A stretch of 43,130 nucleotides of DNA from a virus (IMGVR_UViG_3300044645_001189:1-43130); one strand, 5' to 3'. Shown: positions 9,864 through 19,335, numbered from the stretch's first letter. Numbers and translations: made by a program. Notes: a model not told the origin generated them from the sequence alone.

Positions 9864-12800
9864 ATGCCAACGCTGTCGGAGATCCTGCGCGACCCGAATT
9901 ACATCAACGCCAACGAAGCCACAAAGCGGGCTATCTTTGAGCGGCACGCACCGCTGGATCAAAACTACACGGGAGCCAATGAGGCTACTCAGTTTGCTAT
10001 CCGGCAGCGGTTTGGAGTTGAGGGCTTTGGTGCGCCTGTAGCATCTCCTCCTCCCGAGAAACAAAGTGCATTCCGTCAGATTGCAGACGTACCGCTGGGC
10101 ATAGCCAAGGGCGCGGTTCAGGGCGTTCGCATGATCGCGGACGCTTTTGGTGCTGGGTCTGACACATCCAAGACCATTAAATCTGCTGAGACGTATCTTG
10201 CAGATTTGATGTCTGCTCAGGCTAAGAACGACCAGCAAGAGATCGCCCGCATCATGAAGGATGCGGAAGACAAGGGTGTGCTGGATCAGGTCAAGGCCGG
10301 TATCAAAGCCTTTACCGTTGCTCCTATTGACACACTGAGCAGTGCTTTAGGAACTGCTGCGCCCGTCATCGCCGGTGCGCTGGGTGCAAAAGTTTTAGGC
10401 GCGGGTGCGTTGCTGACGACCGGGGTAAGTGCCTTGACTGGTGCTGGCATGGGTGCTGGCACTATTAAGGGTTCCATCTATGAGGAAACCAAGAACGCAT
10501 TGAAGGAAGCCGGTGCTTCTGAGCAGGACGCCGAAGCACGGGCAAAACTTGCGCAAGAGTACGGCGGCAAGAACCTCGACCAAATTTTGTTGGGCACTGT
10601 GCTGGGTGGTGCTGCTGCTGTCGGCCCGCTGGAAAAGGGCGGTGCGGCAATTTTGGCCCGCAGGATTCTTGGCAAGACTGGTGCTGAAAGTACAGAGACC
10701 GTAGCAGGACAAGCGGCCAAGGGTGCCGTTCGCCGCCGTTTGGAAGCCGGTGCACTGGAAGCAGTGCCTGAAGCCATCCAGGCAGGGCAAGAGCAAGTAG
10801 CGACAAACATCGCTCTTCAACGTGAAGGGTTTGATGTACCTACGTTCCGTGGGGCAGTGAGTTCTGCTACGTTGGAGGGTCTTGCTGGTGCTGGACTTGG
10901 TGCTACGGTTGGTGGGGGTAAGCCTGCTGTTGCCCCCGAGGTGCCGCCTGCTGTCCCGCCTGTATCCCCACCGCCTGCTGCCGAGGTGCCGCCTGTTACG
11001 CCAGAGTCAGAAGCGCCACCCGTAGCAGAAGTACCTGCCGCACCTACATCCGTTACGCCTGAGTTCCTGACCGAGTTGGGTATTAAGCCCACGGCAGCAG
11101 TGGCAAAGCGCATCAAAGGAAAGTCATTTGATGATCCTGCGGTTGCTACGGAACTGGAAACCTACGCTAACAAGTACGCGACTGAAGAATCAAAGCCGAA
11201 GATTCTGGAGTTTGTTCAGAGCCTGAAGCCGCCTGTTGAAGCGCCGGTTGAGACTCCCGTTACTCCTGTTGCAGAGACACCTGTCACTCCGACTGTAGAG
11301 ACGCCGGTAGCTGCAGCACCTCCAGTTCAGCCTGCTGTTACAACTACTGCGCCGTCTGCGCCGGAAACCCCGCCGCCGATGGCTACTCCTGAGGGAACAA
11401 AATTTACGTTTGAGACCGCAAAGGGCTCTCAGTATTTTGTTTTTGAAGACGGCACAACGCAGCGCAACAAGGCACCTCGGCCTGAGCATCCTAGCGATCA
11501 AGGTGTTAAAGAGCGGACGGCCCGCACAATCTATGTAGATGGTGACGCATCTCGCCTGAGTGCTGCCGGTGTTACCGGTATGGAAGGCGCTAGGGTCATC
11601 ATTGATGATGACGGCACAGCATCGTTGGTTTGGAAGAACCCGCAGACGGGTGCGCTTGGATCTTCTGCTGTCAGTTCCAAGATTAAGTTTTACACCGAGC
11701 CTGCGGTTGGCCGTTCACCGCTTGAGCTTTGGAGTAGGACTGAAGTTGCGGGACGAGAAGGTTATTCCGGCATGCACGCCGGGAACAAGATCGTAAAGTT
11801 AGCTCCAATTGAGACGAAGGCTCCGGCAGTAGAGACTAAGCCTTCCGTAGCAGCGCCTGCTACTCCAGCACCCGCTGCGCCCAAAGCAGAAGCCCCCGCA
11901 GCACCTGCTGTAAAAGCCGCTGCGCCCAAAGCAGAAGCGCCTGCTGCGCCTGAAATTGCGCCATTGCAAGAGGCTTACAACAAAGCCAAATCTGCGCTAG
12001 ATGCTATCGGACCAGAGCCTGCCAAGCCATCGCCTGAGAACCGCTACTTTGGTAGCAAAGGCAGAGAAGGCGCTGCGCCAGAATTGGTGCGTGCGTATGA
12101 CGAGAAGGTCAAGGCATACAACAGTTGGAGGCGTAAATATTCCAAACTGAAGAAGGAAGAAGTAGAAGCATCCAATGTTTTGTTCCGTGCTAAGCAAGCA
12201 CAAGAGCGCAAATCTCTTGGCGGTGAGCGTGCGCAAGTACAAGCCTTTGAGCAGACCCTACGCAACCTGCTGAACAAGTTTGGCCTGAAGGATGTGGGCC
12301 TGAAGATTCTGGACGGGATGACTGATTCCGGCTCCTATGCCGCGCAGATCATCAGAATTGCCGCTGATGCTGCCAACCCCGTTCGGACTCTGAGGCACGA
12401 GGCTATCCACGCCCTGCGAGAACTTGGCTTCTTCACTGATGCACAGTGGAAATCCCTGTCCAAGATGGCAAAGGACAAGTGGATTGACCAGTACCTCAAG
12501 CAAAGGAACGTAGACGGCAAACCACTGAAGGCAGGGGAAGAATCCCGGTATGACGCTTACATGCGTGAGTACAACGGGGACATGGAGAAGATCACCGAAG
12601 AAGCGGTGAGCGATGCCTTTGCTGACTTCGATGCCACGAAGCCGCCCGCTGGGATGCTTCAGGCTTTGCTCAAGCGGATGAAGGACTTGTTCCAGTCCAT
12701 CAAATCTGCGCTTACTAAGGTTGAATCACCTGAGCAAATCTTTGGCAAGGTTGAGAAGGGTGAACTGAAGGAAGGAGCGGGCAAAGAAGCGGGCGAAGCA

Positions 12801-15800
12801 AAGAGCCTGCGTGACAGGGCTACCGCTAACTTCCGCCGCTGGTTTGGTGACAGCAAAGTAGTGGATGAGAAGGGTGAGCCGCTGGTTGTGTACCACGGGA
12901 CTCGTTCTGATTTTTCTGTAATTGATACAAAGCAGACACAACGCCTTCCCGGATTTTGGGTTACGCCAGACCCCAATCTGGCATCTACTTATGCTGCTGA
13001 AGGGGTTGTTAATGCAAAAAGTTATCGCGCTGGCGCAAATGTGATGCCACTTTATGTCAGTCTTGAAAAGCCATATCGCTTTAATCCAAAGAAGGAATCA
13101 TTTAATTCCGCGTGGGATAATTACCAAAAAGGAGACTTTGATGGCTTTATTGAAACGGGTAATGATACTAAAGGCGTCTCTACCATCAACGTAAAAAATG
13201 CCAACCAGATCAAATCTGCTACGGGAAACAACGGAGACTACAGCCTTACAAATGCTGACATCCGTAAGAGCATAGGTGGGCGCAACCCCGGAGAGCAGGC
13301 TATCTCCATCGTGAACCAGATGAAGATGGGCATCCCGCCAGCCAAGCCTACCTTTGGTCAGCAAACCATTGCCATCCTTAAAGGCGAACAGCAACTCCCA
13401 ACCCTTGACCTGAAGACGGCCAAGGAAGTTGCGATGAAGTTCTCAGATACGTTTGAGAAGAACATCTTCTCTGCTGATGCCGCGTTTGAAAACGCAGTGC
13501 GGCGCGGCGTGAGAGAGGCGGTGAAGGACAACGATAAAGTTATCGGTCTTGTGCTTCAAGCGGGCCAGTCTCAAACGGTAAACATTGACAACGTGGTAAG
13601 CCGTGGGATTATCGAAGGGGCTTCTGAGTACAACGAAGACATGCAGAAGTGGCAGTCTGTTCAGAAGGAAGAAAATCTCAAGGCTCAAACCGCGAAGCTG
13701 GAAGAGATCTCCAAGAAGTACAACCTGCCGCTTGATGAAGTCAAGAGCGTTGCCCATGCGTACCTTGTGACCAAGCGCCTGCCGGGTATCTTGGAGCGCA
13801 ACGCAAAATTTACGGCAGAGATTGACGCTGAGCAGAAAACCGCAAAGCCTGACCGCAAGAAGATTGAGGAGTTGAAAGCGCTGCTTGTTTATGTGTCTCC
13901 TACTCAACAGGCTCAGATGGAGCCAGGGCAGTCGCTGGTAAAGCTGATTCCGGAACTTGAGCAAGTCTCTGATATCTGGCAGGGCATGCGCAAGAACACC
14001 ATCAAGACGATGGTGGATGGCGGTTTGCACACAAAAGAATACGCAGAGGCACTGCTGGACAACATTGACTATGTGCCTTACTACCGCGTGGAACAGCTTG
14101 AGGAAGATGCTGGCCCGCTGGAATTTTTGCGCGGGCTTCAGGTCAAAGCGAAGGAGCACAGGCTCAAGGGTTCTGATTCCCCGGTGAACGATGTCTTTGA
14201 CAATCAGGTTCGCTGGATGCAGTACGCCATGAGCCGCACCATGCGGGCGCACAAGGCGCGGCAGATGATTGATGTTGCAAAGGACATCGACATCGGAGGC
14301 CGCAAGATGGCGGTGAAGGTCACGGAACAAGAGCGCGGAATGAACATCGTGCGCATCTACCGTGACGGCAAGCAAGAAATGTGGGATGTTGCTGATCCCA
14401 ACTTCATTGATGCTTTCGCTGCTATCCAGAACGTCTCTATCCCGATGTTCAAGTGGGCGGCGAAGGCGGCAGAGATTCTGCGCAACACCGTTGTTCTGTA
14501 CCCGCTGTTCTCTGTGGCTCAGGTGCCGCAGGACTCGTTCGCGGCGATGTTTACATCCGGCCTGAAGCCTCAGCACGCCTTGAAAATTCCTTACCTCGCG
14601 GTGCAGGAGTTCATCAAGACGATTGCCAAGACCAGTGCTACTCACAACGAACTGAAGAAGTTTGGCGTAGTGGGGGCACGGGACTTCTCTGCTGATGTCA
14701 TGCGCAAAGACGCTGAGATTGAAGCGGGCTTGAAGCAACCCAAGGGAGTGTGGGGCAAGACCAAGGAAATCCTTGAGCACGTTGCTATGGCAGGGGATAA
14801 CGCCGTCCGTCAAGCAACGTACATTGCTTCCAAGCAACAGGGTTTGTCTGAGAAGGAAGCTCTTGAGAAGGCGTTTGAAATCTTCAACGTCCGTCGCCGT
14901 GGAACCAGCAAGGCGCTAAATTTGGCGGGGCAGACGATCCCGTTCTTCTATGCGTACCTCGCCGCTCAGCGGGTGGCGTACAGAACTATCACTGGCGTAG
15001 GAACTTCACCGACCGAAAGGAAGGCGGCGCTTACAACCTTGGCAGCTACGTCGGCATCGGTCATGGTTCTGTCCATGATCTACGCCATGATGGTTGGGGA
15101 TGACGAGGACTACGCAGAGACGCCTGCTGCGGTGCGGGACAGAACGCTGACCATCCCCGGCACTGGCGGTGTGCGGATTCCCCTGCGGCCTGACTTCTTC
15201 TTGTTCCCCAAAATTATCGCTGAGCATACTTACTTGATGCTCACTGACAAGGGATATCAGGATGGAGCTAAATTTAGGACATCCATGAAGGATGCCCTAG
15301 TGAATGCCACGCTCAGCCCGACTCCTATCCCTCAAATTGTGAAGCCCGCATTGGAAGTAGCCATCAACTACGACTTCTTCCAAGGTAAACCTCTTATCGG
15401 TACGTTTGAGAAGAACAAGGATTTGGAGCGTCAGTTCCGTGATACCACTTCTGAACTGGCAAAACTGTTCGGGCAAACAGGTATGGTGTCTCCGATTGCT
15501 GTGGACCACCTGATCCGTGGCATGCTTGGTTCGTTCGGTGGCTTGGTTCTGTTTGGGACCAATCAGTTCTTGCACTCTGACCCTGACGTTCCGAGGCCGG
15601 AGATGTCTGCTAATGAGATGCTGGCTGCTCTACCGGGAACCGCTGGCTTCCTGAAACGACCTCAAGAGTCTGCCCTGAAGAACGACTTCTTCGTACTCCG
15701 CGACGCAGTAGAGAAAGCGGCCAACACTTTCAACGACATCAAGACCCGCAGCCCCGAGGGGATTGAAGCGTTCTTGGAAGACGAGAAGAACGCCATCCGT

Positions 15801-16001
15801 CTAGGCATGGCTAAGGGTGTTGACAAAATTAACAGGCACTTGTCAGACATCCGTAGAAGGATGACCATCATCACGAACATGCCTGAGAGCCAGATGCCTG
15901 CTGATGAGAAAGCAGAGAACATCCGGGAACTGAGGGAACTGGAGCGTGAAATTTTGCGCTCAGTAAACGTCAAGGAACTGCGGGAGATGGCGAAGATTTA
16001 G
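9864..16001 (+). CDS. Large polyvalent protein: zincin metallopeptidase-like + ART-PolyVal-like ADP-ribosyltransferase + LPD38-like C-terminus
   Basis: LRHEAIHAL...EEAVSDAF; NFRRWFGDSKVVDEKGEPLVVYHGT...NVMPLYV...NQIKSATGNNG; C-terminal PFFYAYL...PQIVKPALEVAINYDFFQGKPL...SPIAVDHLIRG. Confidence 0.8.
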   Translation: MPTLSEILRDPNYINANEATKRAIFERHAPLDQNYTGANEATQFAIRQRFGVEGFGAPVASPPPEKQSAFRQIADVPLGIAKGAVQGVRMIADAFGAGSDTSKTIKSAETYLADLMSAQAKNDQQEIARIMKDAEDKGVLDQVKAGIKAFTVAPIDTLSSALGTAAPVIAGALGAKVLGAGALLTTGVSALTGAGMGAGTIKGSIYEETKNALKEAGASEQDAEARAKLAQEYGGKNLDQILLGTVLGGAAAVGPLEKGGAAILARRILGKTGAESTETVAGQAAKGAVRRRLEAGALEAVPEAIQAGQEQVATNIALQREGFDVPTFRGAVSSATLEGLAGAGLGATVGGGKPAVAPEVPPAVPPVSPPPAAEVPPVTPESEAPPVAEVPAAPTSVTPEFLTELGIKPTAAVAKRIKGKSFDDPAVATELETYANKYATEESKPKILEFVQSLKPPVEAPVETPVTPVAETPVTPTVETPVAAAPPVQPAVTTTAPSAPETPPPMATPEGTKFTFETAKGSQYFVFEDGTTQRNKAPRPEHPSDQGVKERTARTIYVDGDASRLSAAGVTGMEGARVIIDDDGTASLVWKNPQTGALGSSAVSSKIKFYTEPAVGRSPLELWSRTEVAGREGYSGMHAGNKIVKLAPIETKAPAVETKPSVAAPATPAPAAPKAEAPAAPAVKAAAPKAEAPAAPEIAPLQEAYNKAKSALDAIGPEPAKPSPENRYFGSKGREGAAPELVRAYDEKVKAYNSWRRKYSKLKKEEVEASNVLFRAKQAQERKSLGGERAQVQAFEQTLRNLLNKFGLKDVGLKILDGMTDSGSYAAQIIRIAADAANPVRTLRHEAIHALRELGFFTDAQWKSLSKMAKDKWIDQYLKQRNVDGKPLKAGEESRYDAYMREYNGDMEKITEEAVSDAFADFDATKPPAGMLQALLKRMKDLFQSIKSALTKVESPEQIFGKVEKGELKEGAGKEAGEAKSLRDRATANFRRWFGDSKVVDEKGEPLVVYHGTRSDFSVIDTKQTQRLPGFWVTPDPNLASTYAAEGVVNAKSYRAGANVMPLYVSLEKPYRFNPKKESFNSAWDNYQKGDFDGFIETGNDTKGVSTINVKNANQIKSATGNNGDYSLTNADIRKSIGGRNPGEQAISIVNQMKMGIPPAKPTFGQQTIAILKGEQQLPTLDLKTAKEVAMKFSDTFEKNIFSADAAFENAVRRGVREAVKDNDKVIGLVLQAGQSQTVNIDNVVSRGIIEGASEYNEDMQKWQSVQKEENLKAQTAKLEEISKKYNLPLDEVKSVAHAYLVTKRLPGILERNAKFTAEIDAEQKTAKPDRKKIEELKALLVYVSPTQQAQMEPGQSLVKLIPELEQVSDIWQGMRKNTIKTMVDGGLHTKEYAEALLDNIDYVPYYRVEQLEEDAGPLEFLRGLQVKAKEHRLKGSDSPVNDVFDNQVRWMQYAMSRTMRAHKARQMIDVAKDIDIGGRKMAVKVTEQERGMNIVRIYRDGKQEMWDVADPNFIDAFAAIQNVSIPMFKWAAKAAEILRNTVVLYPLFSVAQVPQDSFAAMFTSGLKPQHALKIPYLAVQEFIKTIAKTSATHNELKKFGVVGARDFSADVMRKDAEIEAGLKQPKGVWGKTKEILEHVAMAGDNAVRQATYIASKQQGLSEKEALEKAFEIFNVRRRGTSKALNLAGQTIPFFYAYLAAQRVAYRTITGVGTSPTERKAALTTLAATSASVMVLSMIYAMMVGDDEDYAETPAAVRDRTLTIPGTGGVRIPLRPDFFLFPKIIAEHTYLMLTDKGYQDGAKFRTSMKDALVNATLSPTPIPQIVKPALEVAINYDFFQGKPLIGTFEKNKDLERQFRDTTSELAKLFGQTGMVSPIAVDHLIRGMLGSFGGLVLFGTNQFLHSDPDVPRPEMSANEMLAALPGTAGFLKRPQESALKNDFFVLRDAVEKAANTFNDIKTRSPEGIEAFLEDEKNAIRLGMAKGVDKINRHLSDIRRRMTIITNMPESQMPADEKAENIRELRELEREILRSVNVKELREMAKI

Positions 16002-16425
16002 CACGCTCGGGCTTGTTCATCTCTGCCATCATCTGCTTGTGTTTACGGGCATCGCCGCGCCAAAAGTATTGGATGTTCAGGTGCAGCACATGCGTAGATC
16101 CGATGCGCTCACCCCGCATGAGGAAGCCCTTCTCTACAAGAGTGGAGATGGACCGGCTGATGTGCGTGGCCGCGATGCCAAGGCGCTCTGACAAAGATTT
16201 CTGTGACACCAAAATTTGGTTGTCGTTCTTTGCCAAGCAGGCCAACGCAAGCAGGACGCGGCGGTCATAGCCCGTCAGGTCGGGGCTACAGATTGCGTCA
16301 AGTGATGCTTGGTTCAGTGCTACCCACATGGTGTACCCATTGGTTCTCTTAGGCTGTACGTTGACAAGTGTGCCTTCTATCTGCTCACCTGTGAATGCGT
16401 CGTACTGAACCACTCGTTTCTGCAT
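15970..16425 (-). CDS. RepL-like winged-HTH protein
   Basis: LTGYDRRVLLAL...NQILVSQKSLSERLGIAATHISRSISTLVEKGFL...LNIQYFWRG resembles the RepL/HTH family pattern. Confidence 0.65.
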   Translation of the reverse strand: MQKRVVQYDAFTGEQIEGTLVNVQPKRTNGYTMWVALNQASLDAICSPDLTGYDRRVLLALACLAKNDNQILVSQKSLSERLGIAATHISRSISTLVEKGFLMRGERIGSTHVLHLNIQYFWRGDARKHKQMMAEMNKPERAKSSPSPAVP

Positions 16426-16520
16426 GATGTGCCTTTACCATTGAATGGTCACAGCATACCATGAACTGTAAGTGCATACAGTACTTTTCCCTCTATAACC
16501 CTTTTTTTCCCTCTATATCT

Positions 16521-16877
16521 TTAACCCGGAGGAACAGCCGGAATGCAGGCCAGGGTGGAGTTCTTCGCACGCAGCTTTTCTTCCACTGCTGTGACACCCA
16601 CGAACCCGCAGGCTTTGTAGTAGTTGTGTTCTTCTTCTGTTAGCCCTTTCCAGGGCATAGGTAGCCAGCGGGCTTCTTTATCTTCCTTTATCTCGGGTTG
16701 GATAATTGGCTGCTCTTGCGTAGCCTCTACTGTTTCAACCCAATGCTCAAAGGCTGCTTGGGATTTGTCTTCTGGCTGGGCTAGGGCGATGCGAATATCT
16801 TCCATGAAAAATGTGAGCAATTCGCGGTTGTCATACGCCTCCAGCGCCCGAAGGGCAGCAGTACGAAGATCAGTCAT
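16521..16877 (-). CDS. Hypothetical phage protein
   Basis: MTDLRTAALRALEA...WKGLTEEE...EKLRAKN; AGGAG RBS; start moved to 16877. Confidence 0.7.
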   Translation of the reverse strand: MTDLRTAALRALEAYDNRELLTFFMEDIRIALAQPEDKSQAAFEHWVETVEATQEQPIIQPEIKEDKEARWLPMPWKGLTEEEHNYYKACGFVGVTAVEEKLRAKNSTLACIPAVPPG

Positions 16878-17139
16878 ACATTCTCCTGATGGTTTCATTG
16901 AGTACGGTCATCTCATCCGTCTTGTGAACTGCCCACATCCTGGCCTGCCCGTGGATTCCGTTGAACTGACCCTGGTGGCAATCTTTGCACAGAGGAATGC
17001 AGGTCATGTGAAGTTGCTGCTTGATGTGGTGGGCATCTGAAGGCGGCGGCGCATCGCACACCCCGCACGGCATCTCTTTGATGCGGGCTATGTGCATGCG
17101 CTCTACGGCGGTCTTACTTTTGTGGTTCTTGCTGAACAT
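16870..17139 (-). CDS. HNH-type (Ref/DUF968-like) nuclease
   Basis: PCGVC...DAHHI...IPLCKDCHQG...GIH. Confidence 0.75.
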   Translation of the reverse strand: MFSKNHKSKTAVERMHIARIKEMPCGVCDAPPPSDAHHIKQQLHMTCIPLCKDCHQGQFNGIHGQARMWAVHKTDEMTVLNETIRRMYD

Positions 17140-17296
17140 CTTCCACCCACCTAAGAACACCAGACAGTGCTCTCATGATGTCAGACACATGCTGGTCTAC
17201 GCCATCAAATTTGTTGTGTAGACACTTGTCCTCCAGTTGCTTGAGGTTTCTCTCAGCTACTTGGAGGTAGTAGGAGTAGTCGTGGAAGGGTGTCAT
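17114..17296 (-). CDS. Hypothetical protein
   Basis: ATGA-coupled to the upstream gene, with RBS. Confidence 0.6.
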   Translation of the reverse strand: MTPFHDYSYYLQVAERNLKQLEDKCLHNKFDGVDQHVSDIMRALSGVLRWVEDVQQEPQK

Positions 17297-17487
17297 GCTG
17301 CCCCCTTATCCATCATGTGCATAGCCTTACGCACGGCGTCAGTTAGGTTGAGCCATTCGTTCCAGTCCACTGCCTGGAAAAACTCCACCTTGACCGCTGC
17401 TTCGTCAACGGCCACCACTGTTGCAACGAGGCGGTCGTTCTCCTTGTTAACAATCTCGATGCGGGTTGGGGAAACGGATAGTTTCAT
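17293..17487 (-). CDS. Hypothetical protein
   Basis: ATGA-coupled on both sides. Confidence 0.65.
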   Translation of the reverse strand: MKLSVSPTRIEIVNKENDRLVATVVAVDEAAVKVEFFQAVDWNEWLNLTDAVRKAMHMMDKGAA

Positions 17488-17975
17488 GGGTTCACCTTCT
17501 GGCTAACGATCATCTTGTTAATAACATAAGCCCACAAAGCACCGCCAGCAATTTTGGCGACAAACTGCATGGCAACAATGTGCGGCATCAGAACACCGAA
17601 TGCCAGCGTTGGGAAGACCAGGGAGTCAACTGCCGCCCCGGCAACATTGGACCCGTTGGCACGGAAGAGCCATGAACCTTTGAGTTTTGCAAACGTGGCC
17701 CAGTCCACCAATGCTGCGGCAGAGAAAGCACAAGCTGATGCAATGGCGATCTTGCCTGCTGCAGGGTTGAGCGCAAAAGTTATCAGTCCGGTTGCCAAAA
17801 TTAGACCAAGCATCTGCCACGCCTTGAGACGGACATGAAGCCAATCACGCAGGGCAAGATCAAGGCCGATCAGAAGAAAGGCGTTGATAGGACTTACGCT
17901 TGGGCCGAACGCAGCGACAGACAGGTTGGCAAGAACCATTGCCGATGCGTAGATGGAGATTGCAGTTAGAAGCAT
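17484..17975 (-). CDS. VUT family (YhhQ/Vut_1-like) 7-deazaguanine precursor transporter
   Basis: Multi-pass hydrophobic protein with VLANL...GLDLALRD...IAIASACAF...LVDW...RANGSNVAGAAVDSLVFPTLAFG...QFVAK. Confidence 0.8.
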   Translation of the reverse strand: MLLTAISIYASAMVLANLSVAAFGPSVSPINAFLLIGLDLALRDWLHVRLKAWQMLGLILATGLITFALNPAAGKIAIASACAFSAAALVDWATFAKLKGSWLFRANGSNVAGAAVDSLVFPTLAFGVLMPHIVAMQFVAKIAGGALWAYVINKMIVSQKVNP

Positions 17976-18678
17976 AGTTGTTCCTGAAGAGGGTTTTCTT
18001 TCCACTCAGATGGTGGGTTGGTTGAGTCAATGCGCTTTGCCATGCAACCGGCGCATTCTTTCTTTTCTGCGTGATGCAGGGCTACGTTGGTGGAATCTGC
18101 GCTGGCTAGGGGCCACGGGCCTGAAGATTGACCGAGCATTCTCATGCCGTGAACCCACGGAAGTTGCCTCCCGTATCGCTTTGACAGGGCGTTGAATGCC
18201 TCGTCCATGCGACTGCACCACAGATCAGTTCCGATCTGCCAGTACATGCCTGCGCTTCCAAAGCACACCTTGCCCCAGTCATCACAAAGTTCCAGCAGGT
18301 AATCAATCGGAAGCCCGAGGTGCCACACAGGGATGCCAAGATCTTTCCTGAACGGCCAAGTCTTGACCATCTCTCGTTGTTGCTCCACTGTTCCGTCAAT
18401 CACATCTGGCACCACTCCCCAGTTCGGGTGAGTAAGAAGTGGCTCTACCCAGGCGTAGAAACCGTGAAGGTCAAACGGTTTGCCAAGCGTCTTGCAAGAG
18501 AAGGCTCCGTTGTCAAGCATCAGAGATTGGCCCAATCTTTTGCACCGATCAAGGGAATCCGGGCGGGCAAAACTTATGCAGAAGTGCTTACCGCCCATAG
18601 TCTCCAGCGCCTTGATGGGCGTGATTGGAGTCCCGTGATAGTGAATCACGCGTTCACCTTCTGGCTAACGATCATCTT
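17490..18678. repeat. 27-bp perfect direct repeat GTTCACCTTCTGGCTAACGATCATCTT at 17490-17516 and 18652-18678
   Basis: Read directly; both copies encode KMIVSQKVN at the end of a gene and contain the RBS of the next gene. Confidence 0.95.
17966..18649 (-). CDS. TGT/DpdA-like guanine transglycosylase
   Basis: LMLDNGAFS, VVPDVIDG, IPVWH, VCFGS, WVHGMRML, SADST follow the motif order of TGT-fold base-exchange enzymes; adjacent to the VUT gene. Confidence 0.7.
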   Translation of the reverse strand: MIHYHGTPITPIKALETMGGKHFCISFARPDSLDRCKRLGQSLMLDNGAFSCKTLGKPFDLHGFYAWVEPLLTHPNWGVVPDVIDGTVEQQREMVKTWPFRKDLGIPVWHLGLPIDYLLELCDDWGKVCFGSAGMYWQIGTDLWCSRMDEAFNALSKRYGRQLPWVHGMRMLGQSSGPWPLASADSTNVALHHAEKKECAGCMAKRIDSTNPPSEWKENPLQEQLCF

Positions 18679-18939
18679 CTCCAGTTCACCTACCAAGTGA
18701 GCCGCTATGGTTACCCCATCTACACCGATAGACTGGCACCACTGATCCTGCTCAACATGGGAGATCATGTCTCTGACTGCTTTGTTGTAGCCGCCGTTGA
18801 AGGAGTCATCACCTTCGATGATCATGGTGATGGCATCCCGAACCAAGGCCGATGCCTTGCGGCTACCAGCGGCCTCCTTTAGTTTGTTGTAGATGTCCTC
18901 CCTCAAGTGGACCGAGTAAGGAACTAGCCTTTTTTCCAT
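18646..18939 (-). CDS. Ribbon-helix-helix-like DNA-binding protein
   Basis: VPYSVHLREDIYNKLKEAA...SALVRDAITMII. Confidence 0.55.
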   Translation of the reverse strand: MEKRLVPYSVHLREDIYNKLKEAAGSRKASALVRDAITMIIEGDDSFNGGYNKAVRDMISHVEQDQWCQSIGVDGVTIAAHLVGELEKMIVSQKVNA

Positions 18940-19334
18940 GCTTGGAACTCCATGTTAATTTGACGCAGCTTCGCAGCAGCCGCTTGGTTGGTAGCCAGTT
19001 CCCGGCGCGATTCGATCTCGCAGTGAGCCTTGATCCATGACGTAGCCTCGTCCTCGTCGGCATCAAAGATGTGCCCCTCACCCAGCAGCCACCGCTGGAA
19101 CTCTGGGTTACGAGGAAGCATCCCGGCCAGCTTGACTACCTCAGAGAAGTTATCCCGGTTCAGGGGCTTCTCGTCGTCACCAAGCCTGACCATGACCACC
19201 TGATACCGAGCGCCCACGAAGTCACGAAGCAGGGCCTCGGGCACCTCGTCAGGATGAACGCGGAGGGTCAGGATGTAACCCTCCTTGTCCTGTTTAAGGG
19301 CGACCTTGATCGCCTCGTATTGAAGGGTGTCCAT
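18924..19334 (-). CDS. Hypothetical phage protein
   Basis: MDTLQYEAIKVALKQDKEGYILTL...; starts 1 nt after the ssb stop. Confidence 0.75.
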   Translation of the reverse strand: MDTLQYEAIKVALKQDKEGYILTLRVHPDEVPEALLRDFVGARYQVVMVRLGDDEKPLNRDNFSEVVKLAGMLPRNPEFQRWLLGEGHIFDADEDEATSWIKAHCEIESRRELATNQAAAAKLRQINMEFQAWKKG

Positions 19335-19335
19335 G

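Noticed and set aside
13443-14837. 464-aa minus-strand ORF
   Set aside because: Entirely antisense to the polyvalent gene, with no recognisable motif; expected from codon bias.
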